64,000 bases of DNA. It comes from Marivita sp. (GTDB lineage: Bacteria; Pseudomonadota; Alphaproteobacteria; Rhodobacterales; Rhodobacteraceae). The position numbers and the translations under genes were made by a program. Under the pieces are notes generated by a model. It ran no database searches. It was given only the letters and a program-made list of their open reading frames with translations, and was not told where the DNA came from. The stretch covers positions 3,577,075 to 3,641,074 of the forward strand of contig NZ_CP180351.1 in the NCBI RefSeq assembly GCF_048006345.1, in the 5' to 3' direction. Shown here in pieces: positions 57,453 through 64,000 of the stretch; the stretch's first letter is position 1; every line of letters begins with the position of its first letter.

Positions 57453-58418
57453 CTACTGGCCCTGGTAGGTCGTCAGGATTGACAATGCAGCTTCAGACGC
57501 GTTGGCCTGCCAGTTGGTCAGCATTTGGGCACCGATCTCCTGCAACCCGGCGGTCAGTTCGGCGCTGGGTTCCACGATGGTCATGCCGTTTTCAGCGAGG
57601 ACGGCGGTCTGCGCCTCGGCCTCAGCGGCGGACATTTCCCAACCGCGTGCTTCCGCGACCTCGGCTGCTGCGAGAACGGCCTCCTGAACATTTTCGGGCA
57701 GGCGACGGAAAGCGCGTTCGTTCACGACCACGATGTTCTTGGGCACCCAGGCATCGATCGGGGTATAGTGCGTTACGAAATCCCAGGCAGTCGAGTTCAC
57801 GCCGGTAGAGGGGGAGGTGACCATTGCTTCGACCTGGCCTGTGGCAAAGGCTTGGGGGATGTCTGGAGCCTCGACCTGCACCGGCGCAGCTTTCGCGAGC
57901 GCGGCAAATTCCTCCAGCGCGGCGTTGTAGGCTCGGAACCGTAATCCGGCCAGGTCCTCGACTGTCGCGATCTCGCCGTTTGTATAGAGACCTTGGGCAG
58001 GCCACGGGACCGAGAACAACGGCATCAGCCCCTGCGAAGCCAGAAGTTCGGTAATGACCGGCTCCTGTGCGGACCATAGCCGCGCAGCATCCTCGTAGCT
58101 GGTTGCCACGAAGGGCTGGCTGTCGATGCCGAAGGCGGCATCGTCGTTGACAAGGGTCGACAGGAAGAATTCACCGATCGGCACCTGTCCGGACCGCACG
58201 ACGTTTCGGATTTCGCCATGCGGGAACAGCGATCCACCGGAATGGACGGTGATCTCGAGTGCGCCATCGGTTGCCGAAGCCACGTCTTGAGCGAACTGAG
58301 CGATATTCTGCGTGTGAAACGTCGTGTCGCCATAGGGTGTGGGCATGTCCCAGCTGTCAGCGTGAACCGCAGTGGCCAGGCTGAAGACAAGAGAAGTCCC
58401 GAAACAAAAATGCTTCAT
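57453..58418 (-). CDS. TRAP transporter substrate-binding protein (DctP family)
   Basis: Signal peptide MKHFCFGTSLVFSLATAVHA, 321 aa, DctP-like pattern. Confidence 0.8.
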   Translation of the reverse strand: MKHFCFGTSLVFSLATAVHADSWDMPTPYGDTTFHTQNIAQFAQDVASATDGALEITVHSGGSLFPHGEIRNVVRSGQVPIGEFFLSTLVNDDAAFGIDSQPFVATSYEDAARLWSAQEPVITELLASQGLMPLFSVPWPAQGLYTNGEIATVEDLAGLRFRAYNAALEEFAALAKAAPVQVEAPDIPQAFATGQVEAMVTSPSTGVNSTAWDFVTHYTPIDAWVPKNIVVVNERAFRRLPENVQEAVLAAAEVAEARGWEMSAAEAEAQTAVLAENGMTIVEPSAELTAGLQEIGAQMLTNWQANASEAALSILTTYQGQ

Positions 58419-58527
58419 TCTTCTTTCCTCTGTTGGATGGGCCTCTTGATCAAGCCCGGTTACATTACGTTGACAAATTGTCGACGTTTTGCGCGCAAAG
58501 CAACAACTTTTTGTTTAGGACCTGAAA

Positions 58528-58843
58528 GTGTCCACTCGCAAAGACCCCAAATGGACCTTCTGGATTGAAGGGGGTGGCACGTTTACCGACATTGTGGTCT
58601 GAGCGCCCGGCGGCGCTTTGCGGACCCATAAGTTCTTGGGATTTTTCGCGAAAAACCGGAATCCTGAAAACTCGCAGTCGTCAACTTTTTCCGGAACATC
58701 TCGGGCCGCGCCGAGGGGAATTCGATCCCCGCGATCCTATCGACACCATTCACAGCGGAGCCAACGTCGCACCACAAGGTTCGTCACAACCTTTGCTGCG
58801 ATGGACTAGCGGGACGCGTGATTTATCGATGAAGTTCGCCTGA
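58528..58843 (+). pseudogene. Decayed 5' remnant of a 5-oxoprolinase/hydantoinase (HyuA-type) gene
   Basis: GTG-STRKDPKWTFWIEGGGTFTDIVV then TGA at 58600; same frame continues APGGALRTHKFLG..NPEN..AAPRGIR; a second frame gives PIDTIHSGANVA; matches the remembered N-terminal pattern W.FWIDRGGTFTDIVA..PDG.L..HKLLSENPE; only about 100 of about 1200 codons remain. Confidence 0.55.
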
Positions 58844-58931
58844 TCGTCACGGAACAACGAACATGATCAGGACGACAATTCCAACGCCGGGCGGGGCGAC
58901 TATGAAGTCCCGAATTGCCGGACAAGTGCGG

Positions 58932-59810
58932 TCACGCGACTGGCGCAGAGGGAGCGTCGGGATCCATCCCGCCGCGCCGCAGCTGGTAACTCGCCGGGTT
59001 CGATCCAATATAGCGTTTGAACATCCGGCTGAAAAAATAGGGGTCCGAATAGCCCAGTTCGGCAGCGACCTGTTTGACGGAATGGCCTTGGCCCAAGCGG
59101 CTCACAGCGAATTCCATCCGTTTGAGTTCGCGGTATTTCTGCGGTGTCATTCCGATCCGGTCCCGGAAGGCGCGTCGGAAATAATCCGGATTGAAGCTGA
59201 CCGATTGCATCGCCTCATCAACGCCGGAACCCACCGGGTCGGCAGCCAACCGGGATGCGACGAACATGATCTGCATCGACAAGAGGTCCTGGCTTTGCGG
59301 TCGGTCCTGCGCGGCTTCGCGCCATCCAAGAAACGCAGATCCCAGAAAGGTCAGCAGGATTACCATGAATTGGTGGTGCTGCATCAGCGTCGCCGTGGCC
59401 CCCGCGGATGTCGCACGGTAATGGCTCACCAGCGGCTCCATCACCTGCCAGTCGGCCAGAGCAACGCTGCGCCTGAGCCGCATCTGACCAAGCACGTCAT
59501 CCCGCCCGAACAGCGCCAAAGAGAAATGCTGCGCAACACCGCGATAGGTGCTGCCGTCACCCGCATATTGCCCCCGGAAGCGGGTATAGGCCGGGATCAG
59601 CATGGCATCGCCCGGCGACAGTGTGATGTCGTCATCCTCAATTCGGTAGCGACCACCACCCGCGAGGCATATCACAAGGTCGTGGACCGGGTTCACCTTG
59701 TCGATCTTCCAGTTCGGCTGATGGGTCATCGGGATCGGGGGGCGCGCCAGTTTCAGGCTCAGAGCTTGAGTCGGCAGCTGAGAGATCTGTGTATGTTCGG
59801 AAATATCCAT
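58932..59810 (-). CDS. AraC-family transcriptional regulator (cupin sensor plus HTH)
   Basis: C-terminal double HTH (FNPDYFRRAFRDRIGMTPQKYR ... LGYSDPYFFSRMFKRYIGSNPASY). Confidence 0.88.
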   Translation of the reverse strand: MDISEHTQISQLPTQALSLKLARPPIPMTHQPNWKIDKVNPVHDLVICLAGGGRYRIEDDDITLSPGDAMLIPAYTRFRGQYAGDGSTYRGVAQHFSLALFGRDDVLGQMRLRRSVALADWQVMEPLVSHYRATSAGATATLMQHHQFMVILLTFLGSAFLGWREAAQDRPQSQDLLSMQIMFVASRLAADPVGSGVDEAMQSVSFNPDYFRRAFRDRIGMTPQKYRELKRMEFAVSRLGQGHSVKQVAAELGYSDPYFFSRMFKRYIGSNPASYQLRRGGMDPDAPSAPVA

Positions 59811-59974
59811 CTTTTTGTTATCTTCTGTTCATTTCGTCCACCTCAGGATCAGCCTATCGTTGTACCCATGACAAGAAAAGCGGGTAAATCGCCCAAATCT
59901 TGCACGACGGGAGGCGTGCATTCGGTTGAAAAGCGTGCCGGACGGCAAACTCTCCAACTGAAACCTGTGAAAAC

Positions 59975-61375
59975 ATGACGCAAATCGAACACAGCCAAAT
60001 TCCCGTAAAAATCGCCTATATCGGCGGCGGTTCTCTCAACTGGGCGCCGGTGCTTATGGCTGACCTTGCCGCCGATGGGCGGCTTGCGGCCGAGGTTCGG
60101 CTCTACGACCCGGACCACGCCGCAGCAGAGCGGAACGCGCGTCTTGGTGCGGTGTTCGCCTCAGTGTCACGCGGCGCTCCTGCGGTCTGGCGCGCGGTGC
60201 GAGACCTTTCGCAAGCGCTGGATGGAGTCGACCTTGTCGTCGTGTCTATCCTGCCGGGCAGCTTCGAGGCTATGGCGGCCGATATTGCCATTCCAGCAGC
60301 ATACGGCATCCCACAGGCGGTGGGCGATACGGTGGGTCCGGGCGGTTTTGTGCGGGCGCTGCGTGCGGTCCCGATGCTTCTCGACATCGGGCACGCAATC
60401 CGGGCCCATGCGCCCGACGCCTTCGTATGCAACCTGACCAACCCGATGAGCGTGCTGACCGATGCGTTGTTTCGTGCCCATCCGGGCATCCGCGCTTGGG
60501 GCGAATGCCACGAGGTGACCAAACTCCGCCGACAGGTCGCGTGGATCGCAAACCAGCGTGGCAACGCCGCGCGATATGATTTCCGAGATGTCGAAGTCGA
60601 TGTGATGGGCATCAACCATTTCACCTTTGTGAACGGCATCCGGCTGGATGGGCAGGAAATGATGGCCGACTGGTCAAACTTCGCCCGGGACCACGCAGAT
60701 CGCGGGTGGTACGAGGTGGAACCGGGACGTGATGACGAACACGCGAGATATTTTTCTTCGAATTCGCGGGTCAAGTTCGACCTCCATCGCAGATTCGGGC
60801 TTGCTCCTGCTGCGGGTGACCGTCACCTGGCCGAGTTCATGCCTGCCGCCGACTATCTTGAGCACGCCGAAAGCTGGGGTTTCGCCCTGACCCCGGTCGA
60901 TTATCGTATCCGGGACCGTGCCGCGAAGCTGGCAAAGGCCGAAGCCATGGTTGCGGGTCGGGTCGCCCCTGTCGCGAAGCGTTCAGACGAAGCGATGTTG
61001 GACCAGTTCGCAGCGTTGCTGGGTCGTGCGCCCCATGTCTCCAATGTGAACCTGCCAAACCGTGGCCAGATCGAAAACCTTCCAGACGGCGTGGTGGTCG
61101 AAACCAATGCCCGTTTCTCTCGGGACGGTATCGCGCCGATCTCTGCGGGCGCCATCCCAGAGCCGTTGGTGAATATCATATCTGACCACGCTGCACGGCA
61201 GAAGGGGTTGGTCGACGCGGTGATCGCGGGCGATCATGGAGCCCTGTTTGCTCTCTTTGCCAGCGATCCGCTGGTCCGCCCGCTTTCCGAAGAGAAGGCC
61301 CGGACGATGTTTTCCGAGATGCTGCGCGCCACTGCCCGCTGGTTGCCCGACGCGTTGACGGCAGAGGCGGCATGA
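59975..61375 (+). CDS. Glycoside hydrolase family 4 enzyme (NAD/Mn-dependent glycosidase)
   Basis: N-terminal Rossmann KIAYIGGGS, NLTNPM, GECHE, GINHF motifs typical of GH4. Confidence 0.8.
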   Translation: MTQIEHSQIPVKIAYIGGGSLNWAPVLMADLAADGRLAAEVRLYDPDHAAAERNARLGAVFASVSRGAPAVWRAVRDLSQALDGVDLVVVSILPGSFEAMAADIAIPAAYGIPQAVGDTVGPGGFVRALRAVPMLLDIGHAIRAHAPDAFVCNLTNPMSVLTDALFRAHPGIRAWGECHEVTKLRRQVAWIANQRGNAARYDFRDVEVDVMGINHFTFVNGIRLDGQEMMADWSNFARDHADRGWYEVEPGRDDEHARYFSSNSRVKFDLHRRFGLAPAAGDRHLAEFMPAADYLEHAESWGFALTPVDYRIRDRAAKLAKAEAMVAGRVAPVAKRSDEAMLDQFAALLGRAPHVSNVNLPNRGQIENLPDGVVVETNARFSRDGIAPISAGAIPEPLVNIISDHAARQKGLVDAVIAGDHGALFALFASDPLVRPLSEEKARTMFSEMLRATARWLPDALTAEAA

Positions 61376-62259
61376 TGGGCGGGACAAGTAGATATACCGG
61401 GCTTGTCTACGTCATGCCCTACATCCTCGGGTTGGTGCTGTTCACAGCCTTTCCCTTCGGTGCCTCGCTCTATCTCAGTTTCACCGATTATGACCTGCTG
61501 TCGACGCCAAACTGGGTCGGTTTCGCGAACTACGAGCGCTTGCTGACAAGTGATCGCATCTTTGAACGTTCGTTGTCGGTGACGTTGCTCTACGTCTTCA
61601 TGACCGTCCCTTTGAAGCTGACCTTCGCGCTATTCATCGCGGTGATCCTCAATTACCGACTTCGGGCCATCAACCTGTTCCGCACCGCTTTTTATGTGCC
61701 GTCCATCCTTGGCGGGTCTGTCGCCATTGCCGTTCTCTGGCGCTACATCTTCGCGGATACTGGCTTGGTGAACATGCTCATCGTCGCCCTTGGGGGCGAT
61801 CCGGTGAACTGGTTCGGCGACCCGAACAACGCGCTGTTCACCATAACCTTGCTGCGCTGTTGGCAGTTCGGGTCCGCCATGGTGATTTTCCTAGCGGCGC
61901 TGCAAGCGATCGACAATTCGCTGTACGAAGCGGCCTCGATCGATGGGGCGGGCAAATGGCAGATTTTCCGCCACATCACCCTGCCGCTGCTCACGCCGGT
62001 GATCTTTTTCAACCTGATCATGCAGACCGTGCAGGCCTTTCAGGAATTCAATGGCCCCTACATCATCACCCAAGGCGGGCCGCTGCGATCCACCTACCTG
62101 CTGCCTCTCTACATCTATGACAAAGCGTTCAAGAGCTTTGACATGGGCTATGCCTCGGCCATCGCGTGGATCTTGTTCCTGATCATCATGACCCTGACCC
62201 TGATTGCCTTCTGGTCGTCGAAGAAATGGGTCTATTACGCCGGCGACAGGAGGGATTGA
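61372..62259 (+). CDS. Carbohydrate ABC transporter permease (MalF/UgpA-like)
   Basis: Six TM, EAA loop YEAASIDGAGKWQIFRHITLP; ATGA overlap with GH4 gene. Confidence 0.88.
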   Translation: MMGGTSRYTGLVYVMPYILGLVLFTAFPFGASLYLSFTDYDLLSTPNWVGFANYERLLTSDRIFERSLSVTLLYVFMTVPLKLTFALFIAVILNYRLRAINLFRTAFYVPSILGGSVAIAVLWRYIFADTGLVNMLIVALGGDPVNWFGDPNNALFTITLLRCWQFGSAMVIFLAALQAIDNSLYEAASIDGAGKWQIFRHITLPLLTPVIFFNLIMQTVQAFQEFNGPYIITQGGPLRSTYLLPLYIYDKAFKSFDMGYASAIAWILFLIIMTLTLIAFWSSKKWVYYAGDRRD

Positions 62260-62262
62260 CGC

Positions 62263-63174
62263 ATGACCCTCACGCACACTGTCCCCGCCCCCCATGCCGA
62301 AGCCAGCGCGCTGTCCGATTTCGAACTCCGCCGCCGTCGTCGTGAAAAGATCGGCGCCGCGATCCGGTATATGATCCTTTGCGCGGTCGGGCTGATCATG
62401 CTCTATCCGCTGATCTGGCTGATCGGAGCCTCGTTCAAGACCAATCAGGAGATGTTCTCAACCGCGTGGTTCTGGCCGTCGAACCCCACATTCCAGGGCT
62501 ATATCGATGGCTGGGAAACATCGACACCCTACACTTTTGGTTGGTTCTTCCTGAACTCGATGTATATCGTGATCCCCAAGGTCATCGGGACCGCAATCTC
62601 GTCGACATTGGTGGCCTACGGCTTCGCGCGGTTCGATTTTCCGGGCAAGAAGGTTCTTTTCGCCATCCTGATCGCGACGCTGCTTTTGCCCGATGTGGTC
62701 ACCCGCATTCCGCAATACCTGCTGTTCCGGGAACTGGGCTGGCTCGACACCTATCTGCCGCTTTTCGTTCCGCAATTCCTGGCATGGGAAGCGTTCTTTG
62801 TCTTCATGCTGATCCAGTTCATGCGCTCCATTCCGCGTGACGTGGAAGAAGCCGCGCGGGTCGATGGCGCCAACACGTTTCAGGTTCTCGTCTATGTCGT
62901 TGTGCCTATGCTGGCCCCCGCGCTGATCTCGGTCTGTCTGTTCCAGTTCATGTGGACAATGAACGACTTCCTTGGTCCGCTGATCTACATCTCGTCGATC
63001 GAAAACTATCCTGTCAGCCTTGCGCTGCGGTTGGCCATCGACACGACCGAGGCGTTCAACTGGAATGAAATCCTTGCCATGACCGTGCTGGCGCTGGCGC
63101 CCTCACTGATCGTGTTCTTCCTCGCACAGAAATACTTCATCAAGGGCATCTCCACCGGAGGTGTGAAAGGCTGA
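62263..63174 (+). CDS. Carbohydrate ABC transporter permease (MalG/UgpE-like)
   Basis: EAA loop [21 protein letters not shown], six TM. Confidence 0.88.
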   Translation: MTLTHTVPAPHAEASALSDFELRRRRREKIGAAIRYMILCAVGLIMLYPLIWLIGASFKTNQEMFSTAWFWPSNPTFQGYIDGWETSTPYTFGWFFLNSMYIVIPKVIGTAISSTLVAYGFARFDFPGKKVLFAILIATLLLPDVVTRIPQYLLFRELGWLDTYLPLFVPQFLAWEAFFVFMLIQFMRSIPRDVEEAARVDGANTFQVLVYVVVPMLAPALISVCLFQFMWTMNDFLGPLIYISSIENYPVSLALRLAIDTTEAFNWNEILAMTVLALAPSLIVFFLAQKYFIKGISTGGVKG

Positions 63175-64000
63175 TGGCTGAACTTCAACTCAAGTCGGTG
63201 GAAAAAGTCTATGGTGGCGGCTTCAAGGCGCTGCACGGCATTGATCTGCATGTCGCAGAAGGCGAATTCATGGTTCTTGTCGGCCCGTCCGGCTGCGCCA
63301 AGTCCACCACGCTGCGGATGATCGCAGGACTCGAAAGCGTTTCAAGTGGCGAAATCTGGATCGGTGATCGCCTGGTCAACGAACTTGTTCCCGGCAAACG
63401 CGGCATCGCGATGGTGTTCCAGAATTACGCGCTTTACCCGCATATGAAGGTGACCAAGAACCTGTCTTTCGGCTTGAAACTGCGCGGGGAGACCAAAGAC
63501 CGGATCAATACCGCGACAGCACGTGTGTCCGGCCTGCTCGAAATCGAGGAACTGCTCGACCGTTTGCCCAAGCAATTGTCCGGTGGACAGGCGCAGCGTG
63601 TTGCGGTGGGTCGTGCGCTGATCAAAAGCCCCGAGGTTTTCCTGTTCGACGAACCGCTGTCCAACCTCGATGCAAAACTCCGAGCGGCGATGCGGGTGCG
63701 GATCACTGACCTGCACAAGCGCCTTAAGGACGAAGGACGCCCGGCCACAGTTGTCTATGTCACCCATGATCAGGTCGAAGCAATGACAATGGGTGACCGC
63801 ATCTGCGTGATGAAAGAAGGGCAGATCATGCAGGTGGCGGATCCCACCACGCTCTATGAGCAGCCCGCAAATGCCTTTGTGGCCGGGTTCATCGGGATGC
63901 CCGAGATGAACCTTGTGCCCGCTGTTCTGACTTGGACCGACGGTGTGCCCGTGCTGACCCTGGAAGGGCAGAGCATCACCGTGACCGATGGTCTGGCGCA
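63174..64000 (+). CDS. Sugar ABC transporter ATP-binding protein (MalK/UgpC-like), 3' end outside window
   Basis: My own translation from ATG 63174 (TGATG junction): Walker [38 protein letters not shown]; open to window end. Confidence 0.88.
   Translation, partial: MAELQLKSVEKVYGGGFKALHGIDLHVAEGEFMVLVGPSGCAKSTTLRMIAGLESVSSGEIWIGDRLVNELVPGKRGIAMVFQNYALYPHMKVTKNLSFGLKLRGETKDRINTATARVSGLLEIEELLDRLPKQLSGGQAQRVAVGRALIKSPEVFLFDEPLSNLDAKLRAAMRVRITDLHKRLKDEGRPATVVYVTHDQVEAMTMGDRICVMKEGQIMQVADPTTLYEQPANAFVAGFIGMPEMNLVPAVLTWTDGVPVLTLEGQSITVTDGLA

Noticed and set aside
58600-58602. In-frame TGA in the oxoprolinase-like stub as possible selenocysteine or read-through codon
   Set aside because: The gene is truncated to under 10 percent of normal length, needs an additional frameshift downstream, and has no SECIS-like hairpin after the TGA. 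Decay is the simpler explanation.
1-64000. Scan for CRISPR arrays, rRNA genes, integrases, prophage modules or known defence operons
   Set aside because: No short regularly spaced repeats and no rRNA-like segments. No integrase/recombinase or phage structural motifs were seen in any frame of the ORF track. The only mobile-element protein is the IS5-family transposase.

Overview
High-GC alphaproteobacterial chromosome segment. Gene content and synteny point to a marine Rhodobacteraceae (Roseobacter-group) genome; this is inferred, since no database search was possible. About 65 genes are supported, and most are conserved housekeeping. They include three tandem ABC exporters, a NaChBac-type sodium channel, L,D-transpeptidases, hemH, ubiG and a peptide-type ABC importer. 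Also present are hslVU, trxA, a tightly coupled tsaE-amgK-murU-addB-addA block, regB-senC-regA, ahcY, gpsA and tsaD. The right-hand part holds hemD plus a Mic60-like gene plus hemY, tRNA-Thr(CGU), a TRAP transporter and an AraC/GH4/sugar-ABC cluster.

The clearest accessory region is 41.1-46.3 kb. A 90-bp direct repeat (89/90 identical) of the ahcY stop codon and terminator brackets a visibly AT-richer cassette. The cassette holds a LuxR-type response regulator, a 7TMR-DISM histidine kinase and an apparently intact IS5-family element. One repeat copy begins exactly at the IS end. Next to it lies an AT-richer orphan gene with an NlpC/P60-like Cys-His-His arrangement, no export signal and an unassignable N-terminal half. 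This is the best candidate for something undescribed, but I cannot show that it is a system.

Other second-look items:
- a decayed 5-oxoprolinase gene stub marking a deletion junction
- a partial copy of the tRNA-Thr 3' half 185 bp downstream of the tRNA
- a PAS-only membrane protein downstream of regB
- a tiny signal-peptide plus C-terminal-anchor protein
- a permease with three extra N-terminal helices

No CRISPR array, rRNA, prophage or recognisable defence operon was seen. All product calls rest on motifs read from the translations and on remembered family signatures. Start codons were refined by eye and are less certain than stops.
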